Assembly: GCA_039028875.1 (NCBI GenBank)
Contig: JBCCHE010000002.1
Location: forward strand, 5,212-69,211
DNA from: Myxococcota bacterium
GTDB taxonomy: Bacteria > Myxococcota_A > Polyangia > Polyangiales > Houyiibacteriaceae
Reading direction: 5' to 3'
DNA length: 64,000 nt
Made by a program: the position numbers and the translations under genes. Shown in pieces: positions 42,539 through 51,407 of this stretch. Under the pieces are notes generated by a model. It was not told the DNA's origin. It saw only the letters and a program-made list of their open reading frames with translations, and did no database searches. Within the stretch, counting starts at the first letter, position 1. Each line of letters begins with the position of its first letter.

Positions 42539-43717
42539 ATGGCGCGCTCGGCTTGGCTTTCCCTAGTAATTCCAATCTCTTTCCTCGTCACCGTGATCGG
42601 GTGCGGCGACTCCGGGGGCGGCGCTCCCGCGCCTGGCGGCCCCTCCCCGACCGATCCGCCGGCGCCCACGACGGCCGGGGTCGGGTCGACCGGCGAGCAG
42701 CTGTATCTCCTGCCGCACGACGACGGCAACACGTTCGCCTGCGCCACTTGCCACGCGCTCGAGGAACCTCCGGCGAACGGGATCCGGCGGGCCGCGAACC
42801 AGATCGGCAACGCGGCACTTCGAGCGACCTACAAGAACGGACAGACCACAGAGTTCCGCGAAGCCGTGAATACGTGCCGCGTCGAGTGGATGCGATCCAC
42901 GCCCTTCGAGGCGGACGACGTCAGGTGGGCAGCCCTTTCTGGGTTTCTCACGGAAGAGGCCGGCGCGCAGGAAGCGCCTGACCTGAGCTTCGAGATCGTC
43001 GTGCCCCCGACCGAACTCGACGGCGGCGATCCGCTCGCGGGACAGGAACTCTTCAACAGCTCTTGCGTGGGGTGCCATGGAGTCGATGCTGTGGGTACCG
43101 TCAGGGCGCCCTCATTGACAGGCGCGTTCCTCGACGCCGAAACTATCGCGCGACGCATCCGAACGAGTGGAAGCGTCAACAGCAGTGTCTACGTGGGGCT
43201 GACTGGCGGCACGATGCCGTTTTGGGCCGCGGAGCGGCTCACCGATGATGAGGTCGTCGACTTGGTCGCCTTCGTCCTCCAAAACGACCCACAAGCCGGA
43301 GGCGCTGGGAACGATGTGCCCGCGGACCTCCGTCAGTGCGACGCGACCCATCCCAATGTCGGTCAGATCGCCGAGCTCGATGGCATCGGCGGTCGACCTG
43401 GGACGTTTCATCAGATCTCCGGGATCGCAACCATCGTGGACGATTGCACGATTCGGGTCGATGAGTTCTTCTTTGATGGCGCTGGGATCGACGTACGCTT
43501 CTACAGCGGCCTCGGCGGTGACTACCTAGGGGGCTTCTCGATGAGCGAGAACGACCTTCGACGCCCTCCCCCGGGGGATGGAACCCTCGCCTACAACGGC
43601 GAGACTGTCTACGCACAGCTGCCCGAGGGGCAAACCCTCGACGACCTCGACGGGATCAGTGTCTGGTGTGTGCCGGTCGACCAGAGCTTCGCAGACGGGC
43701 TCTTCCGCAACCCCTAG
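42539..43717 (+). CDS. Lipoprotein with two c-type heme motifs fused to a C-terminal DM13 domain
   Basis: Lipobox FLVTVIGCGD. Heme motifs are CATCH and CVGCH, the latter followed by GGTMPFW as a probable Met ligand region. The DM13-like C-terminus is GTFHQISGIATIVDDCTIRVDEFFFDGAGIDVRFY...LDGISVWCVPVDQSFADGLF. Confidence 0.75.
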   Translation: MARSAWLSLVIPISFLVTVIGCGDSGGGAPAPGGPSPTDPPAPTTAGVGSTGEQLYLLPHDDGNTFACATCHALEEPPANGIRRAANQIGNAALRATYKNGQTTEFREAVNTCRVEWMRSTPFEADDVRWAALSGFLTEEAGAQEAPDLSFEIVVPPTELDGGDPLAGQELFNSSCVGCHGVDAVGTVRAPSLTGAFLDAETIARRIRTSGSVNSSVYVGLTGGTMPFWAAERLTDDEVVDLVAFVLQNDPQAGGAGNDVPADLRQCDATHPNVGQIAELDGIGGRPGTFHQISGIATIVDDCTIRVDEFFFDGAGIDVRFYSGLGGDYLGGFSMSENDLRRPPPGDGTLAYNGETVYAQLPEGQTLDDLDGISVWCVPVDQSFADGLFRNP

Positions 43718-43800
43718 AGGCCTTGCGACGGGGCAGAATCGCCTGGAATTGACGAATCAGCTGAAACCACGAGCCATAGTGAACGTACGCTCCCCGACGA

Positions 43801-44355
43801 ATGACACATCCGACTGCCGATAGCGACGGCCTGCGCTGGCAGCAGTCGATGACGCGTTCGCTTCTGGGCGACTCGATGGCGTACCACGCGCTGCTCGATG
43901 AGCTCTACGGGGTGGTGGGCGCGTATCTTCGAAGGATGCTCGGCGACTCCCCGTTTCTCGAAGACTGTACTCAAGAGTGCCTAGAGACATTGCACCGCAA
44001 CCGACATACCTACGATGTGCGACGTCCGTTTCGGCCTTGGTTCCTCACTCTCGTCCGACACAAGGCGATCGACTTCATGCGTCGAGACCGCAGTCGAACG
44101 ACATCACCCTTGGAAGAGTCACCAGCGATGAGTGCGCATCCAACACCCACGCCCGAGCACGGACTCGATGCGGCGACACTGTTGGCCCAGCTCGATCCGA
44201 TGTACCGGGAGGCCATCGTCCTCACCAAACTCAACGGGTACACGACCGCGGAGGCGGCCGCCTTGGTCGGAGTGACTGGAACCGCGCTCCGGACCAGGGT
44301 GCACCGCGGACTCCGCGAACTTTCGCACCTTCTAGAGCAGGAGGCGGCGTTGTGA
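43801..44355 (+). CDS. ECF-type RNA polymerase sigma factor
   Basis: Region 2 is CTQECLETLHRNRHTYDVRRPFRPWFLTLVRHKAIDFMRR. Region 4 is REAIVLTKLNGYTTAEAAALVGVTGTALRTRVHRGLREL. Confidence 0.88.
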   Translation: MTHPTADSDGLRWQQSMTRSLLGDSMAYHALLDELYGVVGAYLRRMLGDSPFLEDCTQECLETLHRNRHTYDVRRPFRPWFLTLVRHKAIDFMRRDRSRTTSPLEESPAMSAHPTPTPEHGLDAATLLAQLDPMYREAIVLTKLNGYTTAEAAALVGVTGTALRTRVHRGLRELSHLLEQEAAL

Positions 44356-44412
44356 AATCGCATCACCCTTGCAACGGTTCGCCGCCTGCGTTCGTATGGG
44401 AAGAACAAGGCC

Positions 44413-45048
44413 ATGGATAGGAAGCAGTTCATCGACCAGCTCGCCGCCGAGCCGCGCCCCGCCAAGCGTCTTTCCACGGGCGTCGCGATCGCTCTTTGGC
44501 TCGCGGCCTCGTGCACTTTCGTCGTCGGCGCGACGTTGGCGACCGGTGACCTCAGGCCCGGCGTCGGCGAACAGCTTCGAGACTTCCCTCGCTTCGCGGC
44601 GGAATGCGCGTTGGGACTAGTCGCGGGGATCTTCGTGTTTCGGACGGGCCTGCTTCTGTCGGTCCCCGGAAGACTCCATTGGCGCCGCGCGGTTCCGCTG
44701 GCGTTGGCGCTGATCGCACTCTGGATCGGCGCCTATGTGTACGGACTGTGGAGCCCGGCGCTCGAGCCCTCGATGGTCGGGAAGCGGCCCAACTGCTTTG
44801 GCGAGACGTTTCTGTTCTCGAGCTTTCCTTTGGCTCTCGGACTGCTCCTCGTAGCACGCCGCGCGCCGCTGCAACGCGCTTGGGTCGGCGCACTGGTTGG
44901 GGCGGCTTCAACGTCGTTGCCAGCGCTGATGATGCAGGTCGCGTGCATGTACGACCCCCGACACATTCTTCAGTTTCACTTGCTGCCGATCCTGATCGTC
45001 GGACTCGTCGGCGGTGCGATCGGCTCCCTGGTGCTTCGTCGCGTCTAG
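44413..45048 (+). CDS. NrsF-family (DUF1109) membrane anti-sigma factor
   Basis: N-terminus MDRKQFIDQLAAEPRPAKRL is followed by six hydrophobic helices. It lies immediately downstream of the ECF sigma gene. Confidence 0.7.
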   Translation: MDRKQFIDQLAAEPRPAKRLSTGVAIALWLAASCTFVVGATLATGDLRPGVGEQLRDFPRFAAECALGLVAGIFVFRTGLLLSVPGRLHWRRAVPLALALIALWIGAYVYGLWSPALEPSMVGKRPNCFGETFLFSSFPLALGLLLVARRAPLQRAWVGALVGAASTSLPALMMQVACMYDPRHILQFHLLPILIVGLVGGAIGSLVLRRV

Positions 45049-45151
45049 CGGCGGATTTCGTTCCGACTCGTTGCCACAAGTCGCCGCCCGGGACCGTAGG
45101 GGTGGATCGACGGGGATTGGCCCCGTTTGGAAGAGACAGGAGATCCCACTC

Positions 45152-46357
45152 ATGCCCCCACGCACGTTCCCCGGCGTCGCACTTGGCGCCGTCTTTCTTT
45201 CGATACTTGCGTTCGCTCCGCGCCCCGTCGCCGCAGACGCGACCCGCGTCGTCGTGACGATCGAGAACCTCGCCCCGGAGTTCGGTACGTCTCAGACCCC
45301 ATTCTGGGTTGGCTTCCACGAGGGTGTTTTCGACACCTATGATGGCAATACCCCCGCAAGCTCCAACCCGAGACCCGGATCCGTCGCCATGGAGCGCCTA
45401 TGCGAAGACGGAAACAACGGACCGATCAGCGAAGACTTCGCGGCACTGTCCACCGGCGTCGACGCGACGATTCCCGGTCCAAACGGGCCGATTGCGCCCG
45501 GCGACGTGGCCACCCAAACGTTCCTGCTCGAGAGCACCAGCGAGGACAACCGCTACTTCAGCTACGCCTCGATGATACTGCCGAGCAACGATTTTTGCAT
45601 CTCGAACGGGAACCCTCTCGCACACCCGTTGTTCGACGACGAGGGCAACTTCATCGCGTCGGACTTCTTCGTCACGGGTGCGGAGACCCTCGATGCGGGA
45701 ACCGAAATTGGCGACGAAATCCCGGAGAACACGGCGTTCTTCGGTCAGTCTTCGCCTGATACCGGTGTCGACGAGAACGGGCTCATCGGGACCCTCGGGA
45801 GCGACAGGCCCGCCGTTGGGTTCTTGCCAAAAGGCAGCGGTGGCATTCTCGACGATCCAAGATTTCGGATGGGCGACTTCCTCGTTCCTGGCTACCCGTT
45901 CGTGAAGATCAGTTTCACCGCGGCGCCGGCCGTCGTCGAAGACCTGGAGTTCAAGTCGCGCCTCGACGGACGTGGCGTCGTTCCCTCGGTGCGAACCAGC
46001 GGTCGGGCGATCGCCATCTACACACTCCGCGAACAGGGAAGCCTCCTTCGTTTCAAACACTTCTGGCTCGGCCTTCGCGACGTCATCGCGGTCGAGCTAC
46101 GACTCGGTGCCGAGGGCGAGAACGGCCCCGTCATCGCTTCGCTCTTCGCCGAGGACGAAGGCTCTGACGCGACAACGCGTTCAAGGCGCCGCTTTGGCGT
46201 CGCGGGGAGCCTCACGTCGTCGGGACTCGAGGGTCCACTCACGGGTCAACCTCTCGATGCGTTGATCGGAGAGATCCAAAAAGGGAACGTCCACGTGGTC
46301 ATCCGGACCCGACGAGCCCCTGAAGGCGAAGTCCGGGGTCAGCTCGACGAACTCTAA
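45152..46357 (+). CDS. Secreted Spondin_N + CHRD two-domain protein
   Basis: Internal ATG at 45152 with AGGAGA 9 nt upstream, plus a signal peptide. The Spondin_N-like region is VVVTIENLAPEFGTSQTPFWVGFHEGVFDTYDGNTPAS...MERLCEDGNNGPISEDF. The CHRD-like C-terminus is LDGRGVVPSVRTSGRAIAIYTL...KGNVHVVIRTRRAPEGEVRGQL. Confidence 0.7.
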   Translation: MPPRTFPGVALGAVFLSILAFAPRPVAADATRVVVTIENLAPEFGTSQTPFWVGFHEGVFDTYDGNTPASSNPRPGSVAMERLCEDGNNGPISEDFAALSTGVDATIPGPNGPIAPGDVATQTFLLESTSEDNRYFSYASMILPSNDFCISNGNPLAHPLFDDEGNFIASDFFVTGAETLDAGTEIGDEIPENTAFFGQSSPDTGVDENGLIGTLGSDRPAVGFLPKGSGGILDDPRFRMGDFLVPGYPFVKISFTAAPAVVEDLEFKSRLDGRGVVPSVRTSGRAIAIYTLREQGSLLRFKHFWLGLRDVIAVELRLGAEGENGPVIASLFAEDEGSDATTRSRRRFGVAGSLTSSGLEGPLTGQPLDALIGEIQKGNVHVVIRTRRAPEGEVRGQLDEL

Positions 46358-46379
46358 TGATCACCCGCACGCACGCGGT

Positions 46380-46435
46380 GCCCCACGCCCCCTTCTCCCT
46401 CCCGACACACCCCTCTCCATCCCGGGGCGTGGGGC
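46380..46435. terminator. Long inverted repeat in a convergent intergenic region (possible bidirectional terminator)
   Basis: GCCCCACGCCCC (46380-46391) and GGGGCGTGGGGC (46424-46435) are perfect 12-bp arms. The loop is long (32 nt, C/T-rich) and there is no clear U-tract. Confidence 0.3.
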
Positions 46436-46548
46436 GCCGCTCGCTGCGATGATGGGCTGTGGACGAAGGGCGGACTCGAACGCCTTGGGGTTACGCGAGT
46501 CAGGATCTGTCCGAAGGCACCTTGCGCATGCGGCCAAGGCTCCCACGT

Positions 46549-47601
46549 TCAAGACGAGGATGCCGTTTCGTCCTCCTGCAAGAAGTCCAGGATTGCAGCG
46601 TTCGTCGCTTCAGGCCGTTCGAGGTGAAAGAAGTGGCCCGCATCGATGAACTGGACGCGGCCGGTGGGGACGGTGTCGCTGACTCGCTCATACTCCGACG
46701 GACGCTGGCCCGGGTCGTCTGTCCCTTGCAGGAAGAGAACGGGCATCGTCATGTACTTGAAGAGGCGCTTGTGTCGATCATGCAACTCGACCTCGAAACT
46801 CGTGGTTTCGAAGTACTTGCTGACAGCCTCTGCGGTTCCTTCGAATTTGAACTCGTACTCGAGCCGCTGAAGAACATCTTCATCGATGGGGTGTTTGACG
46901 TAGTCCCCGGTAAACACCAAACGCGGGACCAAGTTGCTTCGGAACGCCATCCGACCAAACCGCGTTGCGAACAAGTGATGGGGCGGGACGGGAGGGCTGT
47001 GGGGCTCGACCGCCGTCTGCTGCATGCGCACATAACGCAGCACGCGGCCCTTCATGCTCTGCACCGCAAGAAGGTGGTCCGCAAGTACGGCGCCTCGATC
47101 GTGACCCGCAAGGTTAAACCGCTCGATGCCCAGTTTGTCGATCAGATCGGCGAGCTCCTGCGCCATCGTTTCGTGGCGGTAGTCGAGCTCCAAGCGTTTA
47201 TCGGTTTGCCCATAGCCCTTGGTGTCCGGCGCCACCACGTAGAAGTGCTTCGACAGTGCCGCGATCTGCCGATGCCAGGCGTACCAAGACTCGGGCAAAC
47301 CATGCAGGAGCACGACGCACGCGCGCGTTGGATCACCCGCTGTCACGAAGTGCCAGTTGACACCGGAAGCCTCGACAAACCAGTGAATCGCTTCGACCCC
47401 TCCGGGAAGGACCTCGACCTCTCCGTGTTGGTTGGCCGCGACCGATGGACGGGGCCCGGGTGGATATCGGTGTTCCGGGGTCACGACGGGATTCGGGGTC
47501 GGGATGCCGCGATGAATCGCCGATTTGGCGAATGCAGAGCCTACGACGGCTTCGACCATCTTCTTCACGAGGTAGAGCGGAGGTGTTGCATGTTCAGACA
47601 T
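46549..47601 (-). CDS. Alpha/beta hydrolase with an Asp nucleophile (epoxide hydrolase-like)
   Basis: VVLLHGLPESWYAWHRQIAAL...VVAPDTKGYGQTDK, with nucleophile elbow LAGHDRGA. Confidence 0.85.
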   Translation of the reverse strand: MSEHATPPLYLVKKMVEAVVGSAFAKSAIHRGIPTPNPVVTPEHRYPPGPRPSVAANQHGEVEVLPGGVEAIHWFVEASGVNWHFVTAGDPTRACVVLLHGLPESWYAWHRQIAALSKHFYVVAPDTKGYGQTDKRLELDYRHETMAQELADLIDKLGIERFNLAGHDRGAVLADHLLAVQSMKGRVLRYVRMQQTAVEPHSPPVPPHHLFATRFGRMAFRSNLVPRLVFTGDYVKHPIDEDVLQRLEYEFKFEGTAEAVSKYFETTSFEVELHDRHKRLFKYMTMPVLFLQGTDDPGQRPSEYERVSDTVPTGRVQFIDAGHFFHLERPEATNAAILDFLQEDETASSS

Positions 47602-47609
47602 ATCGCGTT

Positions 47610-47627
47610 ACTTATATACTCATAAGT
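47610..47627. promoter_or_regulatory. ACTTAT-N6-ATAAGT inverted repeat (site A), operator and/or -10 element
   Basis: ACTTATatactcATAAGT lies 9 nt upstream of the hydrolase ATG (47601) and 138 nt upstream of the TetR ATG (47765). It is an AT-rich island in GC-rich DNA. Confidence 0.45.
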
Positions 47628-47764
47628 TCATGGATGCAAGCCAAAGCCGTCACGCCGCGATCCAGGATGGCACCGGCCGAGCATGCGGACGGCCGTGCGA
47701 TGACCGAGATCGCGCGTGCTACGATGGCGAGCGATTTTTGGAACGCAGTGGGAGAACGCAACGA

Positions 47765-48397
47765 ATGGCCAAGGCAGCGAAGACCCAACGACCGGATCGA
47801 GGGGCGGGACGCGAGGCGCTTCTTGAGGCCGCAGCCCGTGAATTCGCCGAGAACGGGTTTCGGGGCGCATCCGTGTCTCGAATCGCCAAGCGGACCGGTG
47901 TCACCCAGCCCCTGATTAACCATCATTTCGGATCCAAAGAGGGCCTTTGGCGCGAGGTGCTTGATTGGACGTTCGCCGACATGCAAGAGGCCTTCGGCGA
48001 TGCGCTGGATCCAGCGCTCTCGACTCGGGAGCAACTCTTCGAGATCGTTCGCCAGACCGTCTACTTCTTCGCGCGCAAGCCAGAGCTGGCACGCATCGTC
48101 AAGACGGAGACCAACCATCCGAGTGAGGCCTTCGATCACCTTTTCGGCAACTATCTCAAGCCGATGGTGATGATGACGCAAGGCCTCATCAAGAAGTTGA
48201 AGAAAGAAGGACACGACCCGGAGATCGACCCACGGCTCCTCCACTTCATCGTCGTGGGCGCGGCCATGCAACCCTTCACAGAGCCAGAAATCGCGCGGCG
48301 CGCGTTTCGCATGGAACCGTTCTCCGACAAGTACGTCGAGGCGTACGCAGACGCGCTGTGCGAGGTGCTCGAGCGGGGGATCAACCCTCGAGGCTAG
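47765..48397 (+). CDS. TetR-family transcriptional regulator
   Basis: Internal ATG at 47765. LLEAAAREFAENGFRGASVSRIAKRTGVTQPLINHHFGSKEGLW. Confidence 0.85.
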   Translation: MAKAAKTQRPDRGAGREALLEAAAREFAENGFRGASVSRIAKRTGVTQPLINHHFGSKEGLWREVLDWTFADMQEAFGDALDPALSTREQLFEIVRQTVYFFARKPELARIVKTETNHPSEAFDHLFGNYLKPMVMMTQGLIKKLKKEGHDPEIDPRLLHFIVVGAAMQPFTEPEIARRAFRMEPFSDKYVEAYADALCEVLERGINPRG

Positions 48398-48425
48398 GGC
48401 GCGCTCACCCGCGAGCGAACACAAC

Positions 48426-49562
48426 TTACACGGACGCAGCCGCCCGACGCCCGACGGCGCGCGCGAGCCTCTCGGTCGGAAAGTACCTCGACACCAAAAG
48501 GCGCCCTATCCGCTCGGACCCGTCGAGCAGGTCGCGATCCACGTCTGCGAGGTGCACGAGCTGTTTGCCGTGATTGCGACCCTCGAGCATTCGAAAGAAC
48601 GCGGCGGGAACCTGATCGATGCCTTCGAGAATGTCCTCCTGGAGCTTGATCTTGCCTTGCCGGACCCATTTCGCGAGCTGCAGCGTGGCTTCCGGCATGC
48701 GGCTCTTGTAGTCGAGCAGGACGAAGCCTTGCTTGCGGATGCGTTTGGTCAGCACGGCGTTTTGGTCGCGCCGCCCCCGGTCGAGTTTCGTGTCGGCAAG
48801 GTGTGACGTGGCCACCCGCCCACACACGATGATGCGAGCGAAATCGTTGTAGAGGTCGAGGAGCGCCTCTGAGATGTCGCCACCGGTGTTGTCGAAGTAT
48901 ACGTCCACACCGTCTGGACATGCGGCGCGCAGGGCCGCCGTGAGCACGTCGACGCCCTTGTCTCGATAGCTCACCACGGCGTCGTACCCGAACTCGCGTT
49001 GCGTGCGGGCTGCCTTCTCGTCGGTGCTGACGATGGCCACGATGCGACACCCCTCGCGTTTCGCGAGCTGAGCCGCAGTGGCACCCACCGAACTGGCCCC
49101 CGACGAGACCACCACCGTTTCACCTCGTTTGGGTCGCCCGATGTCCAACAGACCGAAATAGGCTGTGGCCCCAGTCACGCCCACCGTCCCGAGATACCAG
49201 CTCGGCTTCGCAAGACCGACGTTGACCTTGGTCCGGACGGTGGTTTCGTCGCAAATCGCGTACTCCTGCATGTCGAGCCGCCCCAACAAGACATCGCCGC
49301 GTGAAACACCGTCGAGCTTCGACTCGATCACTTGGCCGATGCCATAAGCGTGCATCACGTCGCCGACCGCCACCGACTCGGTATAGTTGTCTTCGTCTCG
49401 CATGCGCGCCACCAAAGCGGGATCCATCGAAAGGTAGAGGTTGCGAACCAGGAACTGCCCCTCACTCACCCCCGGCACTTCACGTTCACGCGGTGTGAAG
49501 ACATCAGGGGTGGGTGTCCCCTCGGGCCGCTTGGCAAACAGGAACTGCCGGTTGCGTGTCAT
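48426..49562 (-). CDS. NADP-dependent medium-chain reductase (alkenal/enone reductase, YncB/CurA/PTGR-like)
   Basis: Internal ATG (complement of 49562-49560). MTRNRQFLFAKRPEGTPTPDVF...LSMDPALVARM...GATAYFGLLDIGRPKRGETVVVSSGASSVGATAAQLAK. Confidence 0.85.
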   Translation of the reverse strand: MTRNRQFLFAKRPEGTPTPDVFTPREREVPGVSEGQFLVRNLYLSMDPALVARMRDEDNYTESVAVGDVMHAYGIGQVIESKLDGVSRGDVLLGRLDMQEYAICDETTVRTKVNVGLAKPSWYLGTVGVTGATAYFGLLDIGRPKRGETVVVSSGASSVGATAAQLAKREGCRIVAIVSTDEKAARTQREFGYDAVVSYRDKGVDVLTAALRAACPDGVDVYFDNTGGDISEALLDLYNDFARIIVCGRVATSHLADTKLDRGRRDQNAVLTKRIRKQGFVLLDYKSRMPEATLQLAKWVRQGKIKLQEDILEGIDQVPAAFFRMLEGRNHGKQLVHLADVDRDLLDGSERIGRLLVSRYFPTERLARAVGRRAAASV

Positions 49563-50527
49563 GGAAGCGGCTCCGAAGACGCGATACGGTTTTGAAGCGT
49601 GCCGAGATCGACCGAGCCATCTTCGGCGACGATCGAGCATTCGACGGTGTCTCCGTTCTCGAGGAAGCGACCGGATCTCTTCTGCCCCTTGACGAAAAGC
49701 TTCCATTTCGTGGCCTCGGGCAAGAGCTGGAGGACTTTCACGAGAACGGGCGAGGGGATCTGCATGGCAACGCCGGCGGGCGTCCCCGTGGCGATCAGGT
49801 CGCCCGCACGGATCGATTGGAGTTGCGTCATCTCGGTCAACGTCTCGGCGGGCTGGAACACCATGTTCTTGGCGAAGTCGTCTTGACGCGTCTGACCGTT
49901 GACCGTGAGGCGCAATCGAAGGTCGCCCCAACTTCGACGCAAGGAATCGTCGATGAAGGTCAGGTAAGGCCCCGTCGGACCGAAGGTGCGGTAGCTCTTA
50001 CCCTTGTAGAACTGCATCTGTGGCACTTGGACGTCGCGGGCACTGATGTCGTTGTGGACCGACAGTGCCACCACGGCTTCGGGCAGTCCGCCGCCGTTGA
50101 AGTGGGTCGGTTCGGTGATGTCGTGCCCCACGACGAGCCCAAGCTCCACCTCGTAGTCGAGCAACTTCACGTGATACGGCTTCATGACAGTATCGTGCGC
50201 GCCGCACAGACATGAGGAAGCCTTACGGAAGAACATATTGAAGTGCTTGGCATCGGGGTTCATGCCTGCCTCAATCATGTGTTGACGGTAGTTCGCGCCC
50301 TGACAGAGCACCTGCTGGTTCTCCGTGATCGGGGACAGGAGTTCGACGGTCTTCAGCGGCACGCGGTCGGTGGCGCCCTCGAGTTCTGTTGCGTGGATCT
50401 CATCGAGCCCCGACGTGACCAATTGACCGGTCGTCTCGTAGTCCCCTTTGAGCGGAACGCAGTCCTCGCCGTCGACCAACCCCCAATGGGTCAGTCCGTG
50501 GTTCTGGAATCGAGCTACCTGCCGCAT
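49559..50527 (-). CDS. Fumarylacetoacetate hydrolase (FAH) family protein
   Basis: LDYEVELGLVVGHDI...HNDISARDVQ...KGKSYRTFGPTGPYL...GDLIATGTPAGV. The stop overlaps the next gene's start by 4 nt. Confidence 0.88.
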   Translation of the reverse strand: MRQVARFQNHGLTHWGLVDGEDCVPLKGDYETTGQLVTSGLDEIHATELEGATDRVPLKTVELLSPITENQQVLCQGANYRQHMIEAGMNPDAKHFNMFFRKASSCLCGAHDTVMKPYHVKLLDYEVELGLVVGHDITEPTHFNGGGLPEAVVALSVHNDISARDVQVPQMQFYKGKSYRTFGPTGPYLTFIDDSLRRSWGDLRLRLTVNGQTRQDDFAKNMVFQPAETLTEMTQLQSIRAGDLIATGTPAGVAMQIPSPVLVKVLQLLPEATKWKLFVKGQKRSGRFLENGDTVECSIVAEDGSVDLGTLQNRIASSEPLP

Positions 50528-50540
50528 GAATGCATCCTTT

Positions 50541-51407
50541 CTACGCGAGACCCAGGCGGGCTTTCGCGAAATCTCGGAGGGCGGTTCCGCGAGCGCGCCG
50601 ATACGCTCCGTACACCCCGATGACCAGGGCCATCGGTTGCCCCGGGTTCACCTCTGCCGTGAACGACTCTCGGCGCAAGAGCTCGGTGTAGTGTCTGGCC
50701 AGGTTCGGATGAACCTCGATCGGGTACCCGGCGATGGTAAGTCGGTGCACGGAGATAAACCATGCCACCTCGAGGACCGAGATCCGATTACCGATGAGCC
50801 AAGGCCGCGTCTGCAGTCGGTGATCGAGGTCTTCGAACGCATCGTGAAACCGCTGGACGGACCGTTCGAGCGCGGCATCGGTAACTCCTCCGTCGCGCGC
50901 GAAGGCTCGCCACCACGCGACCTCTTTTTGTCGTGCCTCATTGAGTGCGCCGCCGTTCTCGTACGCATCGAGGGTCTTTCGTGACTTCTTGGCAGCGGAA
51001 CCTGGGAACAGAAACCCCATCGTGATGTTGCGAAGGTCGATATGGAGATCGTTCTCGAGCGATAGAGAGGAGTCGACGAATGCTCGTTCGTCGGTATCCT
51101 GCGGAAAGAACGAAGGCACGCTCGATGGGAGGCCGTCAACGTAGCTCATGATGTCGTTGCTCTCGACGTGAACGACGCCATCGTGCACGAGCACCGGCAC
51201 GACGCCTCTCGGGTTGATGCCGAGAAACCACGGGGTCACGTGTTCGTCCCGCGGGAGGTTCACGTGGTGCGGAACGTACGATACGCCCTTCTCCGCGAGA
51301 AAGGTCCGCACCTTCTGGGAGCACGACGAGCTTCGAAAGTGAAGCAGGTGTACACCTCGCCAAGCTTTGACCTCCTTCGTCGTCACTTCGTCGTCAGCGA
51401 GTCGCAT
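50541..51407 (-). CDS. Glutathione S-transferase family protein (GDAP1-like N-terminal motif)
   Basis: Thioredoxin-fold N-domain HLLHFRSSSCSQKVRTFLAEKGVSY...INPRGVVPVLVHDGVVHVESNDIMSYV, followed by a helical C-domain. Confidence 0.75.
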   Translation of the reverse strand: MRLADDEVTTKEVKAWRGVHLLHFRSSSCSQKVRTFLAEKGVSYVPHHVNLPRDEHVTPWFLGINPRGVVPVLVHDGVVHVESNDIMSYVDGLPSSVPSFFPQDTDERAFVDSSLSLENDLHIDLRNITMGFLFPGSAAKKSRKTLDAYENGGALNEARQKEVAWWRAFARDGGVTDAALERSVQRFHDAFEDLDHRLQTRPWLIGNRISVLEVAWFISVHRLTIAGYPIEVHPNLARHYTELLRRESFTAEVNPGQPMALVIGVYGAYRRARGTALRDFAKARLGLA

